Below, piece after piece: positions 1 through 12,260 of a stretch of 64,000 nt of DNA. A program made the translations under genes and the position numbers. How positions within the stretch are numbered: position 1 is the first letter of the stretch; the number at the start of each line of letters is the position of its first letter. Under the pieces are notes generated by a model, which made no database searches, was not told where the DNA came from, and saw nothing but the letters and a program-made list of their open reading frames with translations. The DNA is from Mytilus trossulus (taxonomy: Eukaryota): NCBI RefSeq assembly GCF_036588685.1, contig NC_086374.1:93248001-93312000 (forward strand), given 5' to 3'.

Positions 1-508
1 AAAATGCCTGTACCAAGTCAAAAATATGACAATTCATTTTTTATGTGTTTTGTCATTTGATTTTGCCATGTGATTATGGACTTTCCGATTGGATTTTCCT
101 CTGAGTTCAGTATTTTTGTGATATTACTTTTTATCATATTTGTTTTTTGTTTATTCTTCAGTGCAAAAATCAAGGCACTAGTTTTTTTGTTTGAATTGTT
201 TTACATATATATGTCATTTCTAGGCCTTTTGTATCTAACAATGTGCTATGGGTTTTGCTTATTGTTGACTGTACTGGTACCAACAGATGTTAACCACTAT
301 GTAATTTGGTCTCTTGTGAAGAGGTGTCTCATCAGTGGCAATCATACCATATATTTTTTCTGATTTAATAATGAGCAAAACCCTAAATATAATATATGTA
401 TACAGTAAACTATAAAAACATAGAAAATTAATGTGTACAATATCAACATCATCAAAAGGATGAATTTGTAAACCAGTTTTAACTGGAAGTATAAGTTATC
501 ATACTCAC

Positions 509-665
509 ACAATATTAAAGGCTACACCAACACTTGCAGTAACTAGCATTTCATTAGGATTGACATTTTTATAGTGATTGTGCTGTATTCTTTCCACAGC
601 CATATAGCACAACACACCAGTCACTAACCATATAATGAACACACTGAATAAAGCACCTATAACTT
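509..665 (-). CDS. SLC30A2: SLC30A/ZnT zinc transporter, coding exon 3 (gene continues beyond the window start)
   Basis: Manual translation: acceptor TTTTAG, then EVIGALFSVFIIWLVTGVLCYMAVERIQHNHYKNVNPNEMLVTASVGVAFNIV. Donor GT|GTGAGT. Phase matches exon 2. Confidence 0.9.
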
Positions 666-729
666 CTAAAATTTAAAGGAAAAAAGGTAAAGATACTCAA
701 TAAATTGCATTATTTTCATATATATATAA

Positions 730-990
730 CATCTCCATGCCTTATATATCATGTACTGTAGTACGCTGCTAGATTAAAACTGATGTGGAAAGGTAACACA
801 TGGCCAGCGAAAGCTCCATTTTTATGAAGCCCAGGTGGTCGTGTGGTCTAGCAGAACGGCTACAGTGCAGGCCATTTGGTGTCACGATATCGCAGTAGCA
901 TGGGTTAAAATTCCGGCGTGGGAAGAACAAAAAATTTGCGAAAGCAAATTTACAGGTCTAACATTGTTGGGTTGATGTTTAAACGAGTTG
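730..990 (+). mobile_element. tRNA-derived SINE-like element between (TA)n tracts
   Basis: tRNA-like segment at ~829-925 with A-box TGGTCGTGTGG, degenerate B-box GGTTAAAATTCC and a long variable arm. (TA)n on both flanks. Confidence 0.55.
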
Positions 991-1134
991 TATATATATA
1001 TATAGAAGATATGGTGTGAGTGCCAATGAGACAACTCTCCATCCATGTCACAATTTGTAAAAGTAAACCATTATCATGATTATAGGTCAAAGTATGGTCT
1101 TCAACACGTATATATATATGACCCATATAAATAT

Positions 1135-1296
1135 AGATTCTACCACTGCATCGAGTGTAATACAATATTTATCCACTCGAGACAGTTAAACTTTCAAATT
1201 TAAAACGTGAGACTTGCCCGAGCATTTTAAATATTTAAAATTTAACTGTCCAGAGTAGATAAATATCATATTACACGAGATTTGGTGGTGGAATCT
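1135..1296. repeat. Imperfect ~75-bp-arm inverted repeat (foldback part of a non-autonomous element)
   Basis: AGATTCTACCAC...GTGTAATA...ATATTTATC...GACAGTTAAA pairs with TTTAACTGTC...GATAAATAT...TATTACAC...GTGGTGGAATCT. Confidence 0.7.
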
Positions 1297-2734
1297 GTTT
1301 CTCTAATGATGCAGGTTAACTTATTCCTTCTTTTCGAATGATCTGCAAAAAGATGTGTTCTTTCTATGTGACGTCATCAGGCATGGTCGCCTTTTTTCAT
1401 GCCGTCACAATAGGAAATTCAGAGGAAAGCACGAAAATTGACGTCATAATGGGATTTTAACCAATGAAATACTGACATGACTGAGATCAAATGAACCACA
1501 CGTTGATTTTTTTTTTTTATACAATGGGTGCAGAAAGGGATAAATTGACAAAGAATAAGAGAAACAAAACAAATTATAAATTAAGACAACATATTGTAAG
1601 TGTAACATGTGCATGTCATGATGTCAATCTGCATTCATAATAAATGTGTTGGTTCTGTGATTGAACATGAAATTTTCATGTTTAAGTGTTCAAATCATAA
1701 CACTATCTCTAGAGCACTAAATCCATTGAAACAGAAGTAGAAGCAAATAAAACAATATTTATCTGTTTATAATTCAATCTGAACAGATATTCAAAATGTG
1801 AAAATTTATTCATTTCTATATACAATGTAACTTAATGACTATGCTTTCATCGTTAAGGTATATTCTTTGACATATTCCCCATTTTCAATTTCAATTTTAT
1901 TGAATGCATATTTTTTTGGCACATATATATGGAACTGGTTCAACCACACCACACATTGTGCCTCATTCTGTTCTAACTCAGAACATATCTTGACCATGTG
2001 TTGTTTAGGGTTCTCACTAAGGATTTTTGAAGGCCAGATCATAGACTCATCATGTTTGGTAATCGCGAAACCAACAGTGTGAAGTTGAAATTTTATTGCT
2101 ACACATGTAATATTTGATAGTTCAGTCTCAGGGTTCCCACTAAGGATTTTTGAAGGACAGTCCAGAGACTCATCATTTTTTACCATGGTGAGTCCAACAG
2201 TAAGATATTGTACTGCAGAAACATTATTTATCATTTAAGTCTCCATGACCTTATCATTTTGCTAATTATAGAGCAATGAAATGACATCTCAATAATTTAG
2301 ATTACTTTTAAACTTTTGATATAAAATGTTGATATGTGTATTCAGTTTATACAAAAAAAGAGAATGATGAAATAACATCATATTTAGATTGTTTTTAAAC
2401 TATTAATACTATTTTTATAAAATGAGGAAATATGTACTCGGTTGATGCATTATTGAAGAATCTTGATGCATTTTTGGACTATAAAACTAGTATAAAATGG
2501 TGAGTCAAGACAGATTTTCTTGAGTTTCAGACTCATGGACTATCTCAGTGAGAACCCTGGTTCTTCACTTTTGTTTGCCTTTTGTATATATAATTACATT
2601 GTTGAATATCTATGATATCATGTCAATTTTGTGAAAGGACGTTTGGTTCGAGTGTTCTGTTGAAACATCTGTTCAACATTTTTGGTTATTGTTGTTATCC
2701 AATGTGCTTATCATACTATAAAGCTTCTACTTAC

Positions 2735-2881
2735 CTGCTCTATGGAAGCCAAACGACATGGTCTTGGTAGCTGGTTTCTTGGCTAGATACATGGCTAGAA
2801 GACTAATAAGAAAACTAATCAGATCACTGGCCAGATGAAGAACATCTGTAAACAAGGCAAGGCTGTTGGATAATACCCCTC
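2735..2881 (-). CDS. SLC30A2: SLC30A/ZnT zinc transporter, coding exon 2
   Basis: Acceptor TTTTCAG, then GGVLSNSLALFTDVLHLASDLISFLISLLAMYLAKKPATKTMSFGFHRA (TM2 HxxxD zinc-site motif and the CDF signature). Donor G|GTAAGT. Confidence 0.92.
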
Positions 2882-3056
2882 CTGAAAAGAAAAAAAGAAT
2901 TTTGTTTTTAATATGGAAAAGAGTCCGACAATAAAACACAACATTAAGTTTAAACTATAGTTTCCTGAATTTTTGTTACACATTTTTGTTATTTCCTGGA
3001 AAAACTAGGAGGTTAAAAGCATTTAAGCAGGTAAATAACATATATACATTTGTATA

Positions 3057-3586
3057 TAACGTAAGGGTACCCAAATTGCACCGAGTACCCAAATTGCACC
3101 TATTTAGAAAAAAATAGCAACAAAAATCTTACAAGATTTCCTAGATACTAAACAATTTGTATTTTTATGATTTGATACTACCCTCGTCTTTCAACATAGG
3201 TAAACATATTTAGATATACACAAAACGTTCACAGTATTTATCAACAGGTGGACTGTTTACTGAAAAAACAAAATGTAAGAAAACGTCACCATGCAACGTC
3301 ATCAAAACGTCATCTTTTTAAAATTAGCAAAATTTTTGACGATGTGAATTTAAGCATGGATGCAATTTGGGTACTCCTCATTACAGAATCATGGATAGTT
3401 TGAAGGTTGATTCAAACCAATTTTTGTATGACTCAATATGGATTAAAAATTAAAATTGGCGTACCTTTGCAATCAAGAAGGATAGGGCTACAAAATAAAC
3501 ACAGTATGGACATTTTTTTCTTGATCATAAAAAAACGTAGGTAAAAAAACTGTCAAAATAGGTGCAATTTGGGTACTGTTACGTTA
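3057..3586. mobile_element. MITE with TIRs TAACGTAA(G)GGTACCCAAATTGCACC
   Basis: Terminal inverted repeats at both ends. The GTACCCAAATTGCA motif is doubled at the left end and recurs inverted internally at ~3361. Confidence 0.75.
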
Positions 3587-4999
3587 CACATGTAGCAAAT
3601 TTTTTTGGCACGGACACAAATCTTGTTTTTATTAAAATACAGTTCAAAGCCACATATATGCATATACATGTATGTCTACCATAATTAAGTGCAAGTTCAA
3701 AGAACTAAAAATCAATTTCTGGTGTCCTACATACATTTTACATGAACATGTGTTTTTCATGTCATGTTGTGTCAGCTGTTTATATTAATCATGTTAATGT
3801 ATTAATTAATTCTTCATCAGGCATCGTGTGCATACATAAACATGTACATACAAAAACCTTTCTCATGTTAGATAAGAATAAAAGAAATTATAAAATAAAT
3901 GTACATGTAAAAGAAAAAAGAACACTTTTAAAAATATTTATCATGTTAAAACTCTATTTCAAATCAAATAGTTTCACATTAATTTCATTTGAATTTTATA
4001 ACTAGTTTTTTTTTACTAAAAATGGATAACAGCAGCTGCCAGAAATAAAATCACTTTATATCAGTATATGTATCCAATAAAAGTTAAATATATTATATAT
4101 AATTTACATTAAAAAAATGTCATTATACAGTAGTTCACGTTAATTTTGCATTTGAAACTTTAGTTATGGAGAGAAAGCATAACAAGAATGTGTCCATTTA
4201 TGGTACACAGATACCCCACTTGCACTATCATTTTCTATGTTCATCATGTTCAGTAGAACATGAAATTGGGGTAAAAACTCTAATTTGGCATACAAATTAA
4301 GAAAGCTAGATCATTTCATAGGGAACATGTGTACTACATGTAAGTTTCAAGTTGATTGGACTTCAATCTAATTAAAAGTAAATTTTTTAATTGACCCCAT
4401 TCTGATATGTCATTCCTTGACGCACGAAATAGAACTGGTGCAATTAAAGGATGTGTTATCTTCATGTACAAATGATGTACATGTTTATATACATTTTGTA
4501 GATCCAATGTCATGAATGTAAGTTATTTGCATGTAGTTAATCCTGATGATGTTTATTTTGATATGGGACTACTCTATCAGACCTGGTCACAGCTTTGACT
4601 TTGAATAAGTTAACTTGGATTTTCTATACAGTCAACTACATGTACATTGTAGGCTAGCTTCCATGATTTAGTCAAGGTAATCATGCAAACTTATAATTAA
4701 TTTAAGGGTGCTGGCGGGTCTAAATCATTTTTTTTATTTGATATAGGATATCGCTATGTAGCGAGAAACACCTGCACCCGGAGGCATCCTTCAGCTGCCA
4801 TGTACATTTAAGATGGTCCAGAGTTGTTTCTTTTGTAGACAATACAAGTTGCCTTTGGCAGTTTGAACCAAAGTGTCTTATGCCCCCTTTTGGAAGTACT
4901 GCAATTAATACTGTACATGTATGCATTCAACAATTGCATGTGTGTGTGTGTCCAAAATTCTTATAGAGGGTATGCCTTTAAGTGCTAAATAATACAAAC

Positions 5000-5423
5000 C
5001 AACAGCTTCTCCACACATGAACATTACACAAAGGGTACAAACAGCAATCAACTGATTTCTTGCAGTTTTGTCATTATTGTTGTTATCATTGTTATGGCAG
5101 TGCCATTGGTCCAACAATGGGCTATCACTGTCTGAACGATACAACTGGATTGGGACGGCCAATCTTTCTTCATGGTTTGAATTACTCTCTCGACCGAAGC
5201 TGGAGTAGCCATTACCATGGTCAGAAATATTGTCATGATCTTGATTGTCTGGAATGTGGTTTATAGAATTTGTGATGGAAGACCCCTTTTCTGTTTGAGA
5301 AGGTTGGAAATCCACTAATAATTCTGATGTTAATGACACTGTGTTATCGTGAGTTGATTGGTAATGATTATGGTCTTTGTTTCCACCCTCAGCAGCATCA
5401 TTGTAGTTGCTTACGTGAGTCAT
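5000..5423 (-). CDS. SLC30A2: SLC30A/ZnT zinc transporter (ZnT2/3/8-like), coding exon 1
   Basis: First in-frame ATG at 5423 (MTHVSNY...). Long His/Asn-rich N-terminus, WHCH motif, then TM1 ARNQLIAVCTLCVMFMCGEAV. Phase-1 donor G|GTTTGT at 5000/4999. The exact paralogue symbol is uncertain. Confidence 0.85.
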
Positions 5424-5840
5424 CACAGTATGCAAGTCAAATATTCATATCAATCTGACATATATTTCAATTTCGTGACAGTCTTACAGGAAGTGTTGAT
5501 TTACAATTTATATGTCATGTGATTTCTTAAAAAAGAAAGTCTGAAGACCGAAATGGACAGTATTGTGTGTTCATGATTCACAATTGTATAAAGTTATATT
5601 ATTTGCCTTGTGTGTTATCTAGTTGATTTTATTTTTAGGTAAATGATATGGTATAAGTATTAATGCGTAAATAAACAAAAAAAAAAACAAATAAGAAAAA
5701 TTATATCCGGAATTTGTACGTGTCTTTTCGAAGACTCTAGACGACTTTGTAGTTTATTAATCAAACTTCCGTTTCAGTTGTGAGGATAAACAAATTTTCT
5801 TTGAACAGTTGAATCCTTTGTTCAATGTTTTAGAAAAGAA
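5424..5840. promoter_or_regulatory. Putative bidirectional promoter between ZnT and CFAP410
   Basis: Divergent ATGs at 5423 (-) and 5841 (+). ETS-type GGAAG cores at ~5489 and ~5766. Confidence 0.6.
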
Positions 5841-5938
5841 ATGGAATGTGAATATACCAAAGACAGATTAAGTGAAGCACTTGTCCTCGCAAGAACTAGA
5901 GCAACTGATTTCGAAAGCGTGAAAAAGCTCAACTTTTG
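5841..5938 (+). CDS. CFAP410: Cilia- and flagella-associated protein 410 (C21orf2), exon 1
   Basis: MECEYTKDRLSEALVLARTRATDFESVKKLNFW resembles the CFAP410 N-terminus (VLTRAKASELHSVRKLNCW). Donor TG|GTAT. Confidence 0.9.
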
Positions 5939-5959
5939 GTATTTTTTAATTATTTTTAA

Positions 5960-6548
5960 GGTTCATCATAAGGAATTGAAAAATATGGCCGTGTTTACAC
6001 CTCAAAAATTACTATGAGTACAGACAAACTGGTACATCCAGGAAAGTTCTAAGGCATGGCAGGAACTAGATATATAAAAATTATATGAAGTCTACGTTTC
6101 AGAAAATTAAAAACTTACCTGCATTTTGATGTGCATTTTTTTCCAGTCTGCAGAAGATAGAAAAATAAACAAACACCGACTTTCATTTGATACGGTCCAC
6201 TCAGTTACACAGTTTAAACCTGTTAAATCACCTTTTGTTTACAGGTGTATATTGTCCATCTATTGTCCATTTAAATCAATACTACTCACAACATTGATTA
6301 TATGAGGGGAGTTTCTCAATCGTTTTCACTACTTAGTTATTTTTTGCACATTCTGCAGTAACGAAAAAAAAATGGATAGCAAAATCTAGAAAAGTTTATA
6401 ATTTTCTGAAACATAAAATGCATTTAAAATTTATATATCTAGTTCCTGCCATCCCTCAAAACTGTTACAGGTGTATAGGTTAGTCTGTACTCAGAGTAAA
6501 ATTTGGGGTGTAAATACGGCCATTTTAGCCAAAAGGTTATGATGAACC
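5960..6548. mobile_element. Non-autonomous DNA transposon, Kolobok-like (TTAA TSD)
   Basis: TTAA|GGTTCATCATAA ... TTATGATGAACC|TTAA, with long imperfect subterminal inverted repeats. Lies in CFAP410 intron 1. Confidence 0.8.
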
Positions 6549-6771
6549 TTAAACATGACATGAATCAATTTTAAATAAAAGTAGAATAACACATCAAAAA
6601 GTTTCCAACTGCAAGAAACACACAACAAATACTTTTTATAAAGCTACCATTTCTCTTCTTCAAACTCTATGGAAAGAAAGAAAAAAAGATTTTGTAAATG
6701 AACAGGATTTTACATACATGTACATGTCACCTTCGCTAGCCAGGGGTAACGATCCACTTCCACTCTGCATC

Positions 6772-6857
6772 TAGTCCATATAATTATGACGTCTTGAAAG
6801 GCTATTCTATTTTTTTTCTTTGACACCTTACTTCGACTGTCATAATTATTTGGACTA
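6772..6857. repeat. Short inverted repeat / mini-MITE
   Basis: TAGTCCATATAATTATGAC pairs with GTCATAATTATTTGGACTA. Confidence 0.55.
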
Positions 6858-8021
6858 TTCTGCATCCAATCAGAAAGCGCCTATCACATGATCACCTGTA
6901 AATGTAGTCTTTAGAAATGTAGGTAATCAATTACCAAGCCATGGTGCTTATACACCTTATCGCTAATCCTGGCTGACCTGGCCGCTTGAAATTTTGACAC
7001 ATATACAACAATAACTTTCCTATTGTGGCTTCAGATATTTTGTTTTATGACGACAAAATTTTACAGTAACCTGTGTGAAATCCAGTAATGGCAGACAAAT
7101 AGCAATAAGGTGTAGTGTGCAACAAGTCTGTACCCCCAAAAGAAACAACGATTTTAAGTGACAATTTAAAGGTTCTTTATCAACTAATAGACATGATAGA
7201 AGTTCATGTGTATGTTTCTTCCACAAATCATGCAAATGTTGGAATGTCAAGGTGATATTTTCAGTTCCTGTTTTATCAAGTTTGTAGACTCTAGAAAAAA
7301 TTGTCTAATCGCTACCGAGTTTTCACCTCTACACTTAAGAGTCTGAGAGGTCAAGTGCTACCATTGGTCAAGAATAATGTTATTGGAATGGGCGTGACAT
7401 AAATCAATTGATAGATGGCCCAACATTGTTATTACAAATGTTGGCTTAATCTGCCAAGGATGGAGTGCACAATTCCACTGAATTACAGACTCCTGACTTT
7501 TATAAAACGACAAAATTTATTTACATGTACATTTGTAGCATTGGTAACGGTTCATATAACATTAAATTTGTTGTTTTTTAAAGTTATATAAACAAGAAGA
7601 TGTGGTATGATTGCCAATAAGACAACTGTCCACAAAAGACCAAAATGACACAGACATTAACAAATATAGGTCACTGTAAGGCCTTCAACAATGAACAAAG
7701 CCCATACCGCATAGTCAGCCATAAAAGGCCCAGATAAGACAATGTAAAACAATTCAAACGAGAAAACAAACGGCCTTATTTATGTAAAAAAAAAAGAACG
7801 AAAAACAAATATGTAACACATAAACAAATGACAACCACTGTATAACAGGCTCCTGACTTGGGACAGGCACATACATAAGTAATGTTGCGGGGTTAAACAT
7901 GTTAGCGGGATCCCAACCCTCCCCCTAACCTGGGACAGTCATTCATCATCATGATCATAACATTAAAGAATTGTGTGCATTTGGTGTATCTATAACATTT
8001 ACATCGTTTTATTTTTTACAG

Positions 8022-8087
8022 GGGTTCAGGCATTAGAGATGTGAGTGTGGTGAAGAAACTTCCCAATTTAGAAGTATGTAGCTTAAG
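8022..8087 (+). CDS. CFAP410: CFAP410 exon 2
   Basis: Acceptor TTTACAG, then GSGIRDVSVVKKLPNLEVCSL(S). Donor AG|GTAGGA. Phases fit the neighbouring exons. Confidence 0.88.
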
Positions 8088-8852
8088 GTAGGACATATTT
8101 GTAATCAATAAAAAGACTTGTTACAGTATTAACACGAAAACAGGGGTGTTGTTCTAGAAGGTACATCTATCCTAAGATTTATCCTACACACATGTACAAT
8201 GTATAGGACACATCCTAAGACCAATTTTAGGATAGACTCTTAAAGTTTCATTGCATGTTTACCTTCACTAACAATGACTTAACATGATCTTAATTATGAC
8301 ACTTAATTTGATGTCCTATAGTTCCGAGAGTTGTGATTTGTAAAAGTAATAAATCATTACAGGTCAAAGTACAGCCTTTAACACAGAGCCTTGGTTTACA
8401 CTGAAAATAGCAAGCTATAAAGGGCCCAAAAATGACTAGTGTAAAACCATTCAAACAGGAAAACCAATGGTCTAACCTACAATGTATATAAAAAATAAGA
8501 AACAAGAACTTATAAGTTTGAATGTTCCTTTAGAATGTTTTGCCTCTCTTTCTCTTATCATTTCTTATGATTTAAAAAAAAAAGCTTTGAATATAATAAT
8601 TTGAGTATTATATATAGCTGAAATGCACAATTTGGGACAAACGGCTATTTTCAATCCAATTCTGATTTTATAAGTACATGTACTATATTCAGTTATTAAA
8701 ATCAAATGTATATAATACATTATTTTTTTCAAATGCAATTTTATTTTATTTTATTGGTTTCTAAGACAATTCAATCCACAGACCTTCCATTAAAATGAAA
8801 TTGTTTGTATACATGTTGTATTGATGAATTAGCTTCATATAATTCTTTGCAG

Positions 8853-9076
8853 TGTGAATAACATATCAACATTGGAGGACTTTTCAGAATGTGAAAATCT
8901 TAGGGAAATATTCATTAGAAAAAATAAAATTGAAGATTTATCAGAAATTTGTCACTTAAAGACATTGCCAAACTTGAAGAATTTATGGTTGGCAGATAAC
9001 CCATGTGATCAGACTGAAAACTACAGACAAACTGTATTGAAAACTCTACCAAATCTTCAGAAGTTAGACAACATAG
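8853..9076 (+). CDS. CFAP410: CFAP410 exon 3 (LRRs and LRR cap)
   Basis: VNNISTLEDFSECENLREIFIRKNKI...LWLADNPC...YRQTVLKTLPNLQKLDN. Bounded by TTGCAG acceptor and G|GTAACC donor. Confidence 0.93.
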
Positions 9077-9254
9077 GTAACCCAATTTTATTATTTGATT
9101 GTACATGTTGTAGATCTAGAGCTTTAGAGTGTAGTGTCATAGAGTGATCCCCCACAAACTGTGTATTAAGAATCTTGGTTAACAGTGAATTTTTAAATAG
9201 GTTCATGTACCTAGATAGGCAATCTAGGCACAATCTTTATAAAATCATATCAGA

Positions 9255-9635
9255 TACATATAGTATCACATTCAATCAATATACATGTAGTATAAATCAA
9301 TATTTATGTAGAATTACATTCAATCAATATACATGTAGTATCACATTCAATCAATATACATGTAGTATAATAAATCAATATTCATGTAGAATCACATTCA
9401 ATCAATATTCATGTAGTATAATAAATCAATATTCATGTAGAATCACATTCAATCAATATGCATGTAGTATAATAAATCAATATTCATGTAGAATCACATT
9501 CAATCAATATGCATGTAGTATAAATCAATATTCATGTAGAATCACATTCAATCAATATGCATGTAGTATAAATCAATATTCATGTAGAATCACATTCTTT
9601 CAATATACATGTAGTATCACATTCAATCAATATAC
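9255..9635. repeat. Intronic minisatellite of alternating 27-bp and 21/24-bp units
   Basis: Repeated CATGTAGAATCACATTCAATCAATAT and CATGTAGTATA(ATA)AATCAATATT. Confidence 0.9.
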
Positions 9636-10121
9636 AATATGTACAATATACATGTACATGTACATTGTACTATCACATCCATAACTTAATTTAAAAGATG
9701 ATCATTTCAGATAGCTTTTCATTTCGATCAATATATCATTACATTATCATAATGCTAAAAAGCCCTGGGAAGAATATTTCAGTATTGTTGTTTTTAGTCA
9801 AATATGTGAATTTTTACATGTTTATGATGCCACAGTGACAGCAAAACTATGAATACAAATGATCATTGTACATATGAAATCTCATCACATCTGCACTGAG
9901 AAAATTTCCAAAATTTGCAGTTTCTGAAGCCTTATAATTAATATTATCAATACTGTAAGTTATTTAACCAATTTTTCTTGTTAATATCCTTATGACATGT
10001 AGAAGTACATATAATTATTAGACACTTTTTTTCAATTTAATTTCTTAGATTATTAGGTTTAAGATATTTACTTTTTTACACATTATTGAAATACATGTTT
10101 CACTAATTTCCAATATTTTAG

Positions 10122-10440
10122 CTGTGTCAGAAGATGAGCTTGCTCAAGCCCAGGAGGACGGTGTAGATTTGTCACTTGATGGAGATCAAGATGATGAAGA
10201 TGAAGAGGTCCAAAATGAGATAACTGATGAAACACAGCAAGAAATTAACAAAAATGAAGAGGAAAATAAAATAGACGCAACAGAAAGTGAAATTGACACT
10301 CAGTCTTCTAAAAATGAAACTCCTATTTCAAATGGTGCTACTAAAAAAGATATTAATAAAAAGAAAGAACAGAAGCCGAGAGAAAAAGGACTTGCTGATT
10401 CCATGTTAGATCCAGTAACATTGTCTTGGGAGGAAACAAA
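10122..10440 (+). CDS. CFAP410: CFAP410 exon 4 (acidic linker)
   Basis: TTTTAG acceptor, then AVSEDELAQAQEDG (cf. AVTEEELSRALSEG) ...LSWEET. Donor AA|GTAAGT. Confidence 0.88.
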
Positions 10441-11166
10441 GTAAGTACAGTGGAGGTAGATCAGAGGGAGAGGGGAAATAGAATGATATCTCTTGCTAAA
10501 GAAAGTCAGTTAGCAGGGGCAGATTCAGGTTGAGACGTGGATGTTGTGCATCCCCCTTAAATTTGCAGAGCATGGCAAAACTAAGCCCCCCCTCCCCTTT
10601 AACCTAAAATTATGGATCTTCCCCTGGTTGACAAGATTACCCACTACCACTTTTAATGTGTACATGTAGTAGTACTTGGTGTTATTCAAAGTCAAAGTCA
10701 AATTTTTCTAGAAAAATTTCATGCACAGTGTGCATGGTGTGTAAACTGTTAAAAATTCCCAAAAAAATTTTGAACAGAGAATATCAGGCAAAGCAAACTT
10801 TTAAATCCATGCAACTCATCATTATAAAGTTCTACACCAAATTTCAAAATCATTCCACTTAACACAACTTGAGTAACATGTGTTAAAATTTATGGATAGA
10901 ACAGACAGAGAGACAACTAACTTTGTTATCAATTCCTTTTACCTGCCTGTATTCTACATAGATTACTGCAGTGATCAATAAGTTGAAATCTTCTTTAGCC
11001 ACCACATAATTAAACTTTATACTATTAAACTATGACCTGTGCATAAAGTAAAGTTTACTTGTTTCTTAGATGATATATGTAATATTTACCACTTGATGTT
11101 TAAACTTTAATTTTACATGTACATGTATAATCAATCAGCTTATGTATTTATTTGTTATACTTTCAG

Positions 11167-11257
11167 TAAAATCAGAGAAGAGTTGGGATTGAAACCACTG
11201 CCATTAGAGAAAATAACATCTCCTAGACCAGTGCGGAGTACTAAAGAAAAATCACGG
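11167..11257 (+). CDS. CFAP410: CFAP410 exon 5
   Basis: TTTCAG acceptor, then (N)KIREELGLKPLPLEKITSPRPVRSTKEKSR. Donor CGG|GTATGA. Confidence 0.85.
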
Positions 11258-11836
11258 GTATGAACTGTTCACTTTATATTTTTAACTAAAATGTAGTGTT
11301 ATAATCAGAATGATTAGTTTTATACATGTTATAAGTACATATACATCAAATTAAATTAGAAAATAAAAAATTTCACTGGGTCAGTCCTCCATTATATTAT
11401 TTGATCTTCAGACAACATTTTCATCCCAATAGTCTACTTTTCATGCTGTGGAAACTAACTAAGATTGCATTTTATATTTTAATTTTTATAATATATCTCT
11501 ATAGAGGTTGTTCACTTATTGTTTAAATTATGACAAAACAAAGTTTTTGAAACATTTTCATACCATTATGTCATGCATGTATATATTATTCTTGACTTTG
11601 AAGTTTGTGCATTCGCCTTTTCATTACTGTAGTCCAATATTTAACTTGCTTCTTTCAAAGTTAGCTCTGCTTTTTTCAGAAAACTGTTAAGAAGGGCATT
11701 TTACACAAAGAGTAGAATTGTGCTCAAGTTCTATGAAATTGTGTTATTTTCTATAACTACAAACCCATAAGGACAACACAATGCATTTAAATATTTTTAG
11801 ATGAAACAATTCATAATATATTTCTTTTTTTTTTAG

Positions 11837-11944
11837 AATGCCCATGTGTTACAAGCTGTTTTGCTTCTTTTAAGAGATCTGGATAAAGACCATCTTGAGA
11901 TTGTTCAGAACACAGTGCAAAAAATGCTCTCATCGGATTCTTAA
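11837..11944 (+). CDS. CFAP410: CFAP410 exon 6 (C-terminal helical domain, stop)
   Basis: Poly-T AG acceptor, then NAHVLQAVLLLLRDLDKDHLEIVQNTVQKMLSSDS* (cf. [21 protein letters not shown]). Confidence 0.9.
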   Translation, partial: NAHVLQAVLLLLRDLDKDHLEIVQNTVQKMLSSDS

Positions 11945-12054
11945 AACAATGATTAATTTTTACAATATAAATCATTCACATATTAACCAATTTTCTTATG
12001 ATTTTTCAATGTTATATTGATTGTTACGGAAGCTTTAAGGAAAAATCTGTGTTA

Positions 12055-12260
12055 CTGTGGAGTCATTTATTTTCGTGGGTACCAATTTTTGTGGATAGAG
12101 GAAAAATTACATGTGTGTTGATATTTAATTTTGTGGTTTTGGCAGTCTGCATACAAACCTATAGTTAATATGTTATTCGTTAAACATTTAATTTCGTGGT
12201 TCACCTGTACCCACAAAATTCACGAAAATTGGTATCCAACGAATTATAATGAATCCACAG
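12055..12260. mobile_element. Tc1/mariner-type MITE (TA TSD) in the probable CFAP410 3' UTR
   Basis: TA|CTGTGGAGTCATT ... AATGAATCCACAG|TA. Confidence 0.8.

Noticed and set aside
829-925. Functional tRNA gene
   Set aside because: The B-box is degenerate, the acceptor stem is imperfect, and it is embedded in a repeat.
2043-2180. GACTCATCA motifs resembling an antisense hammerhead core
   Set aside because: They read ATGATGAGTC rather than CTGATGA, and there is no GAAA/stem III.
9175-9684. 169-aa Cys/Tyr repeat ORF
   Set aside because: Intronic minisatellite with unit lengths divisible by 3.
10514-10626. Small hAT-like MITE (CAGGGGCAGATTCA...TGGATCTTCCCCTG)
   Set aside because: The TIRs are imperfect and no 8-bp TSD is visible; too weak to list as a feature.
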